From Candidatus Kerfeldbacteria bacterium (lineage in GTDB: Bacteria > Patescibacteriota > Patescibacteriia > SBBC01), in assembly GCA_016207275.1 (NCBI GenBank), contig JACQPY010000013.1, positions 20,285 to 84,284 of the forward strand: a stretch of DNA of 64,000 nt, in the 5' to 3' direction. The notes under the pieces were generated by a model. It ran no database searches. It was given only the letters and a program-made list of their open reading frames with translations, and was not told the DNA's origin. The translations under genes and the position numbers were made by a program. Shown one piece after another: positions 26,316 through 36,494 of the stretch. Positions within the stretch are counted from its first letter, which is position 1, and every line of letters starts with the position of its first letter.

Positions 26316-27488
26316 ATGAACGTTGCGTTGCAGCATCTCCCGACGAGGGAGCAGATCGTTCGGATGCTTGCTGCCGACCGTGAGCATGCATTCCGGCGAG
26401 GCGTCTGGACAGTGATTGAAGCAGCCAACCTCTACATTAAGGAAGCCGTGGTTCACTACGGCGCCGGTCTGTTTGAAGGCATCCGGTACTTTCAGTCTGC
26501 TAGAGGGATCTTCCTCCTCGATGAACACCTCGAGCGGGCTCTCGTCGGTGTCGAGACGCTCAACTTCGAGGTGCCAGACGGGTACGAGGATGTCGGATGG
26601 CGAGGGTTCATCTTCGGGGATTTCCGTGAGGCCACCCTGCTCACGGTTGCCCTCAACCCAGGGATGAACTCCTACGTCCGACCGTGGTTTGGTCGGGGGC
26701 TTCGACGAACTCCGCCTCCTCCCCATACGTTGGGGAGCGGACTCCACGTCCGTGCCTGGCATCCTGACACAAGTCACCGGATGTGGACCGACTACGCGGT
26801 GGTCACCGAGCACTGGCCGGAGTACATTTCTGGCGACAACCTCGTGGCGATCATCTATCGTCAGTTCGAACGGCCGACTAATCGGGTCCTGCCAACGTGG
26901 ATGAAGGGAGTCGCTGGTTATGTCACTGGCCAAATGGCATCGGATGCTGCAGCAAAGGCTGGTGCCAACGAAGCGATGATGGGTCGAACCGAACCTGACG
27001 GCGTGTGGTACAACCTCGATGGGCCTGGTCAGGCGATTGCGATCGTCGAGAACGGCGTTTTTGTCACGCCCGATCCGAGGGTCGCCGAAATCCTCCCCAG
27101 CACCCAGAGTGCCTGGTTCACCAACGTCGTCGCGCCAAGACTCGGGCTCGAAGTTCGATACGGGGATCTCACCACGGAGAGGATTGCGGGAGCTTCAGAG
27201 CTCCTCTACATCGGCAGCGCTACCGGCATCAAGGCTTTCGGAGAGCTCTGGGACGGCGATCCCAAGCTCGGAGGTAGGCGGCACGTCATCGGCGACGGGA
27301 GACCTGGTCCGATCTTCCAGGAGCTTTACGCCCAGTATCAACTCGCGGCCCGTGGCGGGCAGTACCAGAAAGACATCACTGCCGTTCCTGACCGATCGTA
27401 CGCGGTCGAACGCGCGGCCTCGCTGACGCTGAGGTCGCTGGGGCAGAACACTGACCTGCTGTGTTACCTACCAACAAGTCTGAGGTAG
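26316..27488 (+). CDS. Aminotransferase class IV (branched-chain aminotransferase-like), divergent
   Basis: HYGAGLFEGIRY, YVRP, WMKGVAGY (PLP Lys), ILPS; GGAGG upstream of ATG 26316. Confidence 0.75.
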   Translation: MNVALQHLPTREQIVRMLAADREHAFRRGVWTVIEAANLYIKEAVVHYGAGLFEGIRYFQSARGIFLLDEHLERALVGVETLNFEVPDGYEDVGWRGFIFGDFREATLLTVALNPGMNSYVRPWFGRGLRRTPPPPHTLGSGLHVRAWHPDTSHRMWTDYAVVTEHWPEYISGDNLVAIIYRQFERPTNRVLPTWMKGVAGYVTGQMASDAAAKAGANEAMMGRTEPDGVWYNLDGPGQAIAIVENGVFVTPDPRVAEILPSTQSAWFTNVVAPRLGLEVRYGDLTTERIAGASELLYIGSATGIKAFGELWDGDPKLGGRRHVIGDGRPGPIFQELYAQYQLAARGGQYQKDITAVPDRSYAVERAASLTLRSLGQNTDLLCYLPTSLR

Positions 27489-27606
27489 AGAACACCGCGA
27501 TCGTGAGAGCGAAGCGGAGCGGAGCGGGGGAGGGGAGGTGCCTTGAAGCATGTCCCCTCCTTTCAATTTTCCCTCCCTTGTGCTATACTACTTTCTGTCA
27601 CGTTGC

Positions 27607-28596
27607 ATGGTAAAACAAATAACAGCTGCGATCCTGCTCGCCGCACTCATCAGCGGCGCTTTTGTCTATCCGGTTGAAGCAGCCGCCAAGAAAGCCCCCC
27701 GTCGGCTCGATGGGGTCTTAGTGCCGCCCGGGCAGACTAACCAGTGGCCAGTGGCGGTCATGATCGATAACCATGCGGCTTCTCGACCACCAGCCGGCTT
27801 GGACAAGGCCTCGGTCGTGTACGAAGCCCTGGCCGAAGGCGGCATTCCTCGGTTCATGGCTGTCTTTGCCCAGCCAAAAATTTCGCTGATTGGTCCGGTT
27901 CGTTCCGCCCGGCCGTATTTTGTCCGTTACGCCGCCGAGTACCGGGCTGGGTTGGCTCACGCCGGCGGCAGCTTCGATGCGCTGAACCTGCTTCGGAGCT
28001 TGCGGATGCCGAACTTCGAAGGGATTAAAGGCAAAACTGCGCAGTACTTCTATCGTCGCGGCGGCAACTGCGTCTACTGCCTATTTACCGACAGCAAACA
28101 GATGACCCGGGCGCTCAAGGCAGCCAAAGTCTACCGTAAAAAGCCGACCTACCAGCCGTGGAAGTTCAAAGCTGATCCACCGCTCGCCGAGCGGCGGACC
28201 GGGAAGCACGGCGCGACCGTTGATTTTGGCGCCGGGGCGGCCTACGCCATTCGTTACCAGTACGATCGAAAAAAGAATGTCTACCAGCGTTTTACCGGCG
28301 GTCGTCCACACCTCGATCGACTCACTCGCCAGCAGCTGACCGCTAAAAACGTGGTCCTCCTGTTGGTGCCGAAAGAGCGAGTGCTGGATCGCAAAGGCCG
28401 AATTTCGCTGAACACCATCGGTAAGGGCAAAGCCGTTTTACTCAAAGACGGTTACTCGCGTACGATTCGCTGGCAGAAACGCACGACCTACGGTCGGACC
28501 ATGTTTACCAGTCTTGACGGGGATGAAATTGAGTTCAACCGCGGCTCGGTCTGGATTACGGTCGTGCCGCGCGGGCATCACTACCGACTGTTTTAG
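27607..28596 (+). CDS. DUF3048 domain secreted protein
   Basis: AVMIDNH..RP, VYEALAEGGIPRF, IGPVRSARPYF. Confidence 0.85.
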   Translation: MVKQITAAILLAALISGAFVYPVEAAAKKAPRRLDGVLVPPGQTNQWPVAVMIDNHAASRPPAGLDKASVVYEALAEGGIPRFMAVFAQPKISLIGPVRSARPYFVRYAAEYRAGLAHAGGSFDALNLLRSLRMPNFEGIKGKTAQYFYRRGGNCVYCLFTDSKQMTRALKAAKVYRKKPTYQPWKFKADPPLAERRTGKHGATVDFGAGAAYAIRYQYDRKKNVYQRFTGGRPHLDRLTRQQLTAKNVVLLLVPKERVLDRKGRISLNTIGKGKAVLLKDGYSRTIRWQKRTTYGRTMFTSLDGDEIEFNRGSVWITVVPRGHHYRLF

Positions 28597-28631
28597 CGAC
28601 GGCGTTGACTTTTTAGTCAAGCTGGGGTAGC

Positions 28632-30194
28632 GTGTCAGCACCCATGGGTTTTTTGGCGAGACCGTCGTTCAAAGCTTTTCGGCTGTCGGAACATACGCAG
28701 TATCGAATCCTGGAAATTATTCCAGGGTTTTTAGTCTGGGGCGCTTTTGGCGTCGCGGTTATCATGTCGCTGCTGCGGCCGCTGTGGGTAATCGGCTTCA
28801 TCATTCTCTTCGACCTGTACTGGTTCGTCCGCGCAATCTATACCTTGGTCTACCTCCTGGTCGCGTACCAACGCTACCGTCAGGCGGCGGTGATCAACTG
28901 GCGCCAACGGTTGGCCGCGCGGCCGGGTTGGCAATCAATCTACCACGTAGTAGTTCTGCCAACGTACCGCGAACCAGTGGCCGTGGTCGAGCAAGCCTTT
29001 GCCGGTTTGGCTTGCTCGGACTACCCGCTCGAGCGGTTGCTGGTTATTTTGGCGTTGGAAGAGCGGGATGGTCAAGTTGCGCAAGCGGTGGCCACGCGCA
29101 TCCAGCAGCGTTACGGCCAGACATTTGGTGAGCTGCTGGTCACCTTCCACCCTGCTAACCGACCCGGTGAAGTGGCGGGTAAAGGAGCCAACATTACCTG
29201 GGCCGGGCGCGCGGCCAAGGAACGAATTGACGCGCGCGGCATTCCCGAAGAGCAGGTCCTGGTTACCACGCTCGATGTCGACTCGGTGGTCCACCCGCAG
29301 TACTTTGCCTACCTGACTGACGTCTTCCTGGCCCACCCCCACCGGCTGCGGACCAGCTACCAGCCGTTGCCGTTCTACCACAACAACATCTGGCAGTCGC
29401 CGGCCCTGACCCGGATCGTGGCCACCTCGACCACTTTTTGGCTGATGACCGAAACCATTAGACCGGACCGGCTATTTACTTTTTCCTCGCACAGCATGCC
29501 GTTGCGGGCGCTCGTTGATGTTGGTTTTTGGCAAACTGACATCGTCACCGAAGACTCTCGAATTTTTCTCCAGTGTTTCGTCCAATACGATGGTGATTAC
29601 ACGGTCACCCCATTGTACCTACCGATTTCAATGGATACGGTGGCCGTGCCGTCGCTGTGGCGAACGGTACTTAACCAGTACCAGCAGCAGCGGCGGTGGG
29701 CCTACGGCGTGGAAAATTTTCCGTACATGGTGTGGAATTTTTCGGTCAACCGGCACATCCCAGGGGCGAAAAAAATCAAGTATATCTGGAACCAGCTTGA
29801 GGGAGTGTTCAGCTGGGCGACCGCACCGATTCTCATTTTTGTCCTCGGTTGGTTGCCCATCAAAGTTGCGGAAGCGCAGCAGCGTACCGAGCTGATCGTG
29901 CAAAGCGCGCCCGATCTGCTTCAGACTTTGATGGTGTTGGCGATGATCGGCTTGGTGACCGCCGCCGTCATGTCCGTGTTAATGTTACCGCCCCCGCCGC
30001 CCGGTAAAAGCAAGTGGCAGCTGGTGCCGATGGTCTTGCAATGGCTGCTGCTACCGGTGACCATGATCATTTTCGGCTCGATTCCGGCCACTGATGCGCA
30101 GACGCGACTGATGCTCGGCAAGTATCTGGGTTTTTGGGTGACGGAGAAGAGTCGAACCTACGAACCGAGGATGGCACCGACGAAATCACGGTGA
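28632..30194 (+). CDS. Membrane glycosyltransferase family 2 (CPR-type)
   Basis: GKGAN, DVD, TED, QQRRWAYG (QxxRW). Confidence 0.85.
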   Translation: MSAPMGFLARPSFKAFRLSEHTQYRILEIIPGFLVWGAFGVAVIMSLLRPLWVIGFIILFDLYWFVRAIYTLVYLLVAYQRYRQAAVINWRQRLAARPGWQSIYHVVVLPTYREPVAVVEQAFAGLACSDYPLERLLVILALEERDGQVAQAVATRIQQRYGQTFGELLVTFHPANRPGEVAGKGANITWAGRAAKERIDARGIPEEQVLVTTLDVDSVVHPQYFAYLTDVFLAHPHRLRTSYQPLPFYHNNIWQSPALTRIVATSTTFWLMTETIRPDRLFTFSSHSMPLRALVDVGFWQTDIVTEDSRIFLQCFVQYDGDYTVTPLYLPISMDTVAVPSLWRTVLNQYQQQRRWAYGVENFPYMVWNFSVNRHIPGAKKIKYIWNQLEGVFSWATAPILIFVLGWLPIKVAEAQQRTELIVQSAPDLLQTLMVLAMIGLVTAAVMSVLMLPPPPPGKSKWQLVPMVLQWLLLPVTMIIFGSIPATDAQTRLMLGKYLGFWVTEKSRTYEPRMAPTKSR

Positions 30195-31093
30195 CCATGG
30201 GCGAAGGCGACTGCAGCAGTCGGTTTCTGACCGGCCAACTGCAGCGATTTCAGCCGCAGTTGACCAGCGCCACAGACAACGGTCGGTGTTTCGTCGTCGA
30301 TGATGACCGTGCCGGGCGGGTTGGCCGCCGACTCAGCGCGAGCTTCAGCGTCAAGGATTTTTAACCGCCGACCGTTGAAGCTGGTGTGGGTACCGGGCCA
30401 AGGGTCGAAGGCCCGAATTTTGCGTTCCAGCATGTCCGCCGGTTCTTTCCAGGTAAGCGGCGCTTCAGTCTTTTTGAGGAGCTTACAGAACGTCGCCAGG
30501 GCATGGTTTTGCGGTTGCGGTTGGAGCCAGCCGTGGCAGTAGGGGAGCAGTGCTTGACGGAGCACATTCGCCCCTAGATTCGCTAGTCGGCGCTCGAGGG
30601 CTGGTCGATGTTCGTGTGGCCCGATGTTGATCGTTTGCTGGGCGATGATTGGTCCATGGTCCATTTCCTCGTCGAGCACGATCAGCGTTACGCCTGTCAC
30701 CGGGTCGCCGGCCAAGAGTGTTGCGGCCACCGGCGATGGTCCGCGGTGCCGCGGTAGGAGGGAAGGATGGACGTTGACAAAACCTTTTGGCGGAACGGCC
30801 AAGACGGCGAGCGGTAAAATTTTACCGTAGGCGGCTAAAACGGCCAGATCGGGTTTGCCAGCATTGAACTGATAAATAAATTCGTGATCGAGTTTGGCTG
30901 GGACGAGGACTGGTACGCCGAGCTCCCGAGCACGTCGGTTAACCGGAGACGGCTGCCGGTTTTGTCCGCGACCAGCCGGCTGGTCAGGTTGTGTGACCAC
31001 GGCCGCTATCTCGGCGACGCCTCCGAGCGCCTCGAGGATGGGTACGGCAAACGACGGAGTGCCGAAAAAAACCGCGCGCGGGCGTCGGTTCAT
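30158..31093 (-). CDS. fmt: Methionyl-tRNA formyltransferase
   Basis: FFGTP, NVHPSLLPRHRG, MDHGPI. Confidence 0.95.
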   Translation of the reverse strand: MNRRPRAVFFGTPSFAVPILEALGGVAEIAAVVTQPDQPAGRGQNRQPSPVNRRARELGVPVLVPAKLDHEFIYQFNAGKPDLAVLAAYGKILPLAVLAVPPKGFVNVHPSLLPRHRGPSPVAATLLAGDPVTGVTLIVLDEEMDHGPIIAQQTINIGPHEHRPALERRLANLGANVLRQALLPYCHGWLQPQPQNHALATFCKLLKKTEAPLTWKEPADMLERKIRAFDPWPGTHTSFNGRRLKILDAEARAESAANPPGTVIIDDETPTVVCGAGQLRLKSLQLAGQKPTAAVAFAHGHRDFVGAILGS

Positions 31094-31563
31094 GGAAGCT
31101 GTCCCTGCGTGATCTGCTGAACCTTGTCGATGAAGAGTACGCCGTTGAGGTGGTCAATTTCGTGCTGCATGACGCGGGCCAGCAGTCCGGTCGCCGCGGT
31201 CGACTGCGGACGTCCTTGTTCATCGTCGTAGGTTACGGTGACGCGGGCGGGGCGGCGGACCGTGCCGAAGACGTCGGGGATTGATAGGCAGCCCTCCTCG
31301 GCCAGCTCAGTTTGCCGCGAACTTTTTTGGAGCCGGGGGTTGATGATGGCGTAGGGGCCGGCCTGGCCGTTGATAATCGCGACTTGGAGACTGACGTTGA
31401 TTTGCGGTGCGGCTAGACCGATGCCCTGCGCCGCGATCATCGTCTCGACCATATCGTGGAGCAAGTTCTGGAACGTTGGGGAGGCGACGGTGGTGAGGTC
31501 GACTGGCTGGGCGACCTGTCGCAAGATCGGGGCGCCGAGGGTGGTAATGGTTCGTACTGCCAT
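31090..31563 (-). CDS. def: Peptide deformylase
   Basis: GIGLAAPQ, EGCLS, QHEIDH. Confidence 0.95.
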   Translation of the reverse strand: MAVRTITTLGAPILRQVAQPVDLTTVASPTFQNLLHDMVETMIAAQGIGLAAPQINVSLQVAIINGQAGPYAIINPRLQKSSRQTELAEEGCLSIPDVFGTVRRPARVTVTYDDEQGRPQSTAATGLLARVMQHEIDHLNGVLFIDKVQQITQGQLP

Positions 31564-31601
31564 CGGGCCGAGTGTAGCAGAGCGAGCGACGGTCAGCAAG
31601 C

Positions 31602-33425
31602 TTACCGCAGTTCAACGGGGTCGGCGGTAATCGTCCACGAATCATCGAGGTTAGCGAGGAGGGTATGGAGTAATGTCGGAATCGTGCGTCGGGTGCGAAC
31701 GATGACGGTGGTGCCTGCGCGGTCGACTCGCGAGCGACCGGGCGAAGGTTGGGGATCAGAACACCAGACGTCGGGACGAATTCGTCGCACGTGTTGAACG
31801 ACGGCCGCCGGTGAGCGTCCGCCCGGCCGATGTACGGCGCGTTGTCGGAGGACGATAAGCTTCCAGGCCGGAGGGTAGCCGAATCGTTCACGCGTGGCCA
31901 GCGCCGTCTGGTGCCACCGCGGGTCGAGCGGCTGTTCGACCATACGCCGGTAGGTCGGTGAGGCCTGAACCGTTAGATCAGTTGGTCGCTGACAGCGACT
32001 GCTCAAGGTCATGAGCAGGCGTCGAGCCTGTTCATCAGCGTCAATGCGCGGTATAGCCAGTAGGCTGTCGAACCTGGTAATCACCACCCCCGTGTAGTTA
32101 AGTTCGAGTTGGCGGGCATGCGCCGGAGTGGTCACGCCGATCGTGCCGGCAGGGAACGTTACGACGCCTGGTTTGAGTTCGCGAGCGGGGAGTCGGGCTT
32201 GACGCAACTCACGTAGCACCTGGCCAAGGCCGCGACCTCGACCGCGGAACTCAACGCTCCCGCACCGCGGGCAGCGGGCCGGAATCGGTTGGTAAATACT
32301 GCAGTGGGTACAGGCCAGCCGGGTTAGGACCTGGCGGAAGGGGACGTGACAGGTTGGACAGGTTGGCACTAAGCCGCACTCGCGGCATTCAAGCGAGCCG
32401 AACGCTACCCGCCGGTGGTGGACCACCAACGCTCGTCCCAGCCGCTGGCGGATGGCGGATTTTAGCTGCGTCATGGCCGGCTCGGTCAGCACGGCGAAGT
32501 CACCGGCGGCCCGCTGTTGTTCCAGGTTGACGAAGACGGCGTGGTCGCCGGCCGCGGCGTCGAGGGTTCGACCTCGACTGACGTAATTTTGGCTGACCAG
32601 TGAGGGCAAACGGCTGGTTAAAATCACTTTGGCTCGGCAGCCCCGGGCGAGCATCACGGCCACCCGCCGACTATCGTAGTGGGGGCTAGGTTCTGACTGA
32701 ACGTGTTCGTCTGCATCTTCGTCGTCGATGACGATGAGTCCGAGGTTGAGGGCCGGGGCGAGCACGGCTGACCGCGTACCGACCACGACCGCGGGAACGT
32801 GTTGTCGGGTCGCCAAAAAGTTTTGGCGGTACTGTCGGGCGGTCAGTTGATGGTGGATAGTGATGGCGCGCGGGAAAAGGCCTGCCAGTCGTCCCACCCG
32901 CTGCACCGTCGGGGCAATAATCAGGCTTGATTGCCCGGCCGCAGTCACGCGGCTGATCAGCTCCTGATACAAGTTGTACTTTGTTTGGTCGCGACGATAG
33001 GTGACGATGACGGCCTCGTCGTCGCTCCCGCTGGCCTGGTTGAGGAACGGCCGAATAGCTTGATCGGTGACGGCGACCGGCGGCGCTGGGGGTATTTCCG
33101 GCATGGTTCGGGTAAAGGTAGGGAGTATACTCCGGAGTGTGGTGGCGATGGACGTAAAATTTTCCCGAGCCAGTTGTTCGGTGATCTGCAGGAACGGATC
33201 AGGCAGGTAGGGGGTGGTACTGATGACCCGCTCAATCGATCGGAGTCGATCGGTCGGAATGTTCGTTTGGTCAGACGTGCCCAAGACCACGCCCGGTGTG
33301 AGACGGGCGCGGAAGCGAACGGCGACCAAGCTGCCGCGGGTCACCCGTTGGTCTGGTTGGAGACGGTAGTCGAACCAGCCGAGGCTCCGTGGCAAGCGGA
33401 TCAGCGGGGCGACGCGAGCAATCAT
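31602..33425 (-). CDS. priA: Primosomal protein N' (helicase motifs degenerate)
   Basis: FDY N-terminal domain, VVGTRSA, four CxxC, RFGYPP. Confidence 0.8.
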   Translation of the reverse strand: MIARVAPLIRLPRSLGWFDYRLQPDQRVTRGSLVAVRFRARLTPGVVLGTSDQTNIPTDRLRSIERVISTTPYLPDPFLQITEQLARENFTSIATTLRSILPTFTRTMPEIPPAPPVAVTDQAIRPFLNQASGSDDEAVIVTYRRDQTKYNLYQELISRVTAAGQSSLIIAPTVQRVGRLAGLFPRAITIHHQLTARQYRQNFLATRQHVPAVVVGTRSAVLAPALNLGLIVIDDEDADEHVQSEPSPHYDSRRVAVMLARGCRAKVILTSRLPSLVSQNYVSRGRTLDAAAGDHAVFVNLEQQRAAGDFAVLTEPAMTQLKSAIRQRLGRALVVHHRRVAFGSLECRECGLVPTCPTCHVPFRQVLTRLACTHCSIYQPIPARCPRCGSVEFRGRGRGLGQVLRELRQARLPARELKPGVVTFPAGTIGVTTPAHARQLELNYTGVVITRFDSLLAIPRIDADEQARRLLMTLSSRCQRPTDLTVQASPTYRRMVEQPLDPRWHQTALATRERFGYPPAWKLIVLRQRAVHRPGGRSPAAVVQHVRRIRPDVWCSDPQPSPGRSRVDRAGTTVIVRTRRTIPTLLHTLLANLDDSWTITADPVELR

Positions 33426-33431
33426 CGTGGT

Positions 33432-34229
33432 TTAGGCGAGGTGAAGGGTAACCACCAGCAGACCAATACCAAACGGGCTGTCATAAGATAATCGTCGGGC
33501 CAACGTCCGTTGATACTTGAGCATGCCGGCCAGCATGAGCAGCGGACGGTAGCCGCACGACTCAGCTAGCTCGACGTGGTCGAGATCGAGGGCTAACAGT
33601 TGTGCAGCGAGGGTTCGCTTGACGATCGCCTTGTTAACGGCTTGGTCGAAGGTGATGCCTTCTGGTCGCTGTCCTCCCGAGGCCGCCCGTGAAGCGTGGT
33701 GCGACAGCTCGGCACTGGCCAAGACAAAAATTCGTTCTCGCGTTTGGTGAAATTCTTCGGCGAGGAGCGTTCCGCAATGGACATGCGTCTGACGGTCGAG
33801 GGTCGCTGGGCCGATCGGTAGGATGGCGGCGGTGGTAATGTTCGGCGGCAGGAAGAGGAGCGGTACGGCGACGTCGTAGCTGATGGTCGCTTCCGACACC
33901 AGCTTGAGGGGAAAACCCTGGTCTTCAGCCCGCTCCTGCAGGCGGTGACCGAGCATCGGCCCGCCGCGCCAGGTAGCGGCGGTAACCAGATCACCAAATT
34001 CAGATAAGTTGGCCACCAACTGGTCAGCGACGTTTACCACAAACGATCCCGGGTGGGTCGGTCCGTGCGGGTGGAGAACCACGATGACCTGAGGCCGGAG
34101 GGCGTAGATTTCTTGAGCCAGGGCGGTTAGGGCCCGAACCGTCTTTTTTGTTTGTGACTGAAAGCCCTTGCCGATGCTCGGCAGCAGTAACGGCGAGTGT
34201 GGTGCAATGGCGGCTCCGATCAACGGCAT
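33432..34229 (-). CDS. AmmeMemoRadiSam protein B / LigB-fold protein
   Basis: APHSPLLLPSIG, HPH, SAELSH, ESCG, PFGIG. Confidence 0.75.
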   Translation of the reverse strand: MPLIGAAIAPHSPLLLPSIGKGFQSQTKKTVRALTALAQEIYALRPQVIVVLHPHGPTHPGSFVVNVADQLVANLSEFGDLVTAATWRGGPMLGHRLQERAEDQGFPLKLVSEATISYDVAVPLLFLPPNITTAAILPIGPATLDRQTHVHCGTLLAEEFHQTRERIFVLASAELSHHASRAASGGQRPEGITFDQAVNKAIVKRTLAAQLLALDLDHVELAESCGYRPLLMLAGMLKYQRTLARRLSYDSPFGIGLLVVTLHLA

Positions 34230-34231
34230 GG

Positions 34232-35677
34232 CTAACCGGCGAAGGCGTTAACGTCGCTGAGCCGATCACCGAGGGGGTGAATGCTGAGCGATCGTTCATT
34301 AGTCCAGACGATATTTTTCGATTTAAAGCCGAGCTCGCGAAAGGTTTCCAGATCTGGAAGCAGCCGTCGTTGGCCATCAGAGATGAAGTAGACCTTACCC
34401 TCAGTTCGCGTGGCCACCAGCTCGCCGTCGCGGAATTTGATCGGCTCACCGACCGGTGAGGCGTTGATCAGATCGTCGCTCGCGGGCTGGGGAACTTGCC
34501 CCCGGAATTGAGAGCGAAAAATTTGTGGTGAGTAAATGGCGTGCCGGTAGCCTTGGCTGTCGATAAAGCTGACGCCGCCGGAGGCTCGGGACTTGAGCAG
34601 TCGGCCGGTCGGGTAGATATCAGTTTCGGTCACCGCCTGACCCTTGGGGTAGGCCAGCAGCTCTTGTGCATCGACGCCGCGGATAATTTCCTCTGGATTG
34701 TAGCCGAGCGTCCGGAGCACCTCGCGGGAGGCGATCGGCCGCCGTTCGCCGTTAACCAAGAGGTAAACGCCGCCGCCCTGCTTGACCTGGAGCAGGCTCG
34801 GTTCCGGATACTTGATCGCCGGACCGATTTCGTAGGCGTCAATTTCATCACGCTCGACGGTCACCACTTTAGCCGAGTCGTAGTTGGCTAAAAAGGCGGC
34901 GCGAGAGGTGAAGGGCAGTCGTTGGCCGTCGCGGATTAGCCAGACGCCTTTGTCGCCGCGTACCCGCAGCAGCGCGCCATCGGGGTATTTACGAGTAAAC
35001 CAGCGGATCCACAGCAACTGGAACAATGAGTTAGCGCCCCAGCGCGGATCGCCGCCGCCGTACTTCCCGACGTAGGGATTGTAGATGTACAGGACGGCGG
35101 TAGCCATGTTTGCCGGGGTGACGGCCAGGCCGTCAATGGTGGTTTTGGTGATGCCCGGTCCCCAGCCGTTGAACTGTCCGCGGGTGCGCAGGGCTGGCAA
35201 GTAGTCCTCGACAATTCGTTTAGCCGCCGCGTCTAGTTGGATACCGAAACCCTGATACGCGCTGCTGCAGGTTGAGGGGCATCCGTAGCCCAGGGCGTAG
35301 TCGAGCTGGTGTAGAGACGGCGACGGGTCAGTGATCAGGCTTTGTTCTTTCTCGAGCATGGTCAAAAAGAATTTAGGATTGAGTTGGTGGCGGCGAGCCA
35401 CCGCCACGATCACGTCAGCCGCCCGTTGGCTATCGCCATCAAACGTTACCTCGTAGGCAGCCAGGTAGCTTCCGCGGTCGGCTAAGAACTGTTGGACCCG
35501 TTCCGCGCTCATCGAGTTATCGTCGAGCAGATCGTGGTCAGAGATGATCAGGTCGTTGCTGAACGCTTGGGCCGGCCGGGTCGGTCCACTGATTAGGCCG
35601 ACGGAGACGGCGAATAGTAAAATCAGCGCCGTGAAGCGCGTGCCCAATGCGTGCCTTCGCGTACGCGGACGTCGCAT
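34232..35677 (-). CDS. Secreted protein: putative cell-wall-active N-terminal domain plus four ~60-aa repeats
   Basis: Signal peptide; LEKEQSL..ALGYGCP..YNPY; repeats Y/FPxGxL..VYLIxxGxR. Confidence 0.65.
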   Translation of the reverse strand: MRRPRTRRHALGTRFTALILLFAVSVGLISGPTRPAQAFSNDLIISDHDLLDDNSMSAERVQQFLADRGSYLAAYEVTFDGDSQRAADVIVAVARRHQLNPKFFLTMLEKEQSLITDPSPSLHQLDYALGYGCPSTCSSAYQGFGIQLDAAAKRIVEDYLPALRTRGQFNGWGPGITKTTIDGLAVTPANMATAVLYIYNPYVGKYGGGDPRWGANSLFQLLWIRWFTRKYPDGALLRVRGDKGVWLIRDGQRLPFTSRAAFLANYDSAKVVTVERDEIDAYEIGPAIKYPEPSLLQVKQGGGVYLLVNGERRPIASREVLRTLGYNPEEIIRGVDAQELLAYPKGQAVTETDIYPTGRLLKSRASGGVSFIDSQGYRHAIYSPQIFRSQFRGQVPQPASDDLINASPVGEPIKFRDGELVATRTEGKVYFISDGQRRLLPDLETFRELGFKSKNIVWTNERSLSIHPLGDRLSDVNAFAG

Positions 35678-35735
35678 GTCAATTCAGTATACCTGATTTC
35701 GTGGTATACTACAAGCTCCTCGCGAGGTTTGCGGT

Positions 35736-36494
35736 ATGCTGACTCGACCGACTATCTTCGATGTCCCGCTAGATCCGGTTACCCTATCGTCGGCGCTTGA
35801 CCGTGCCGAAGCGGCGCTCGCTGGCCAGCGATTGTTTCACGTGGTTACGCCCGGCCCCGAATTTCTGATGGCCGCGCACGCCAACCGGAAATTTCGAGCG
35901 GTCCTGCAACGGGCTGATCTCTCGTTGCCCGACGGTTTTGGCGTTATCATGGCTGCGTGGTGGCTCGGCCTCGAGCGGCTGTCGCGCGTGACCGGTATGG
36001 ATTTTGTCCGCGGTTTGGCCGCCCGAGCCGCGGTTAAGGGGTACCGCTTGTTTTTGTTCGGCGGGGCGTCGGGGGTGGTCGCTCGGGCCGCCGCCGCGTT
36101 GGTCCGCGAGTTTCCGGGTATCCGGATTGCCGGTGTTGAGAGCGGGGTACGCGGCTGGGTTCGGTTACCCGACGCACTCGTCAGTTGGCGGATCCGGCGG
36201 GCGCAGCCCGATATATTGTTAGTTGCCCTGGGCGCTCCCAAACAGGAATTATGGATTGATCGCCACCGCGCACAGCTCGGTCGCGTCCGCCTAGTCGTCG
36301 GCGTTGGTGGCGTGTTTGATTACCTGGCCGGTGCGGTTCGCTGGCCGCCGCGGCTGGTTCGCCTGCTCGGTCTCGAATGGCTGTGGCGACTGGTGTTGCA
36401 ACCGCGACAACGATGGCAGCGGATCGTTACCGCCACCTGGCGGTTCGCTCGCGAGGTGCTACGGGAAAAACGGAGGCCGCATGCGGTCGGGTAG
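35736..36494 (+). CDS. WecB/TagA/CpsF family glycosyltransferase
   Basis: PDGFG, RVTGMD, ALGAPKQE, GVGGVFD, GLEWLWRL. Confidence 0.92.
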   Translation: MLTRPTIFDVPLDPVTLSSALDRAEAALAGQRLFHVVTPGPEFLMAAHANRKFRAVLQRADLSLPDGFGVIMAAWWLGLERLSRVTGMDFVRGLAARAAVKGYRLFLFGGASGVVARAAAALVREFPGIRIAGVESGVRGWVRLPDALVSWRIRRAQPDILLVALGAPKQELWIDRHRAQLGRVRLVVGVGGVFDYLAGAVRWPPRLVRLLGLEWLWRLVLQPRQRWQRIVTATWRFAREVLREKRRPHAVG

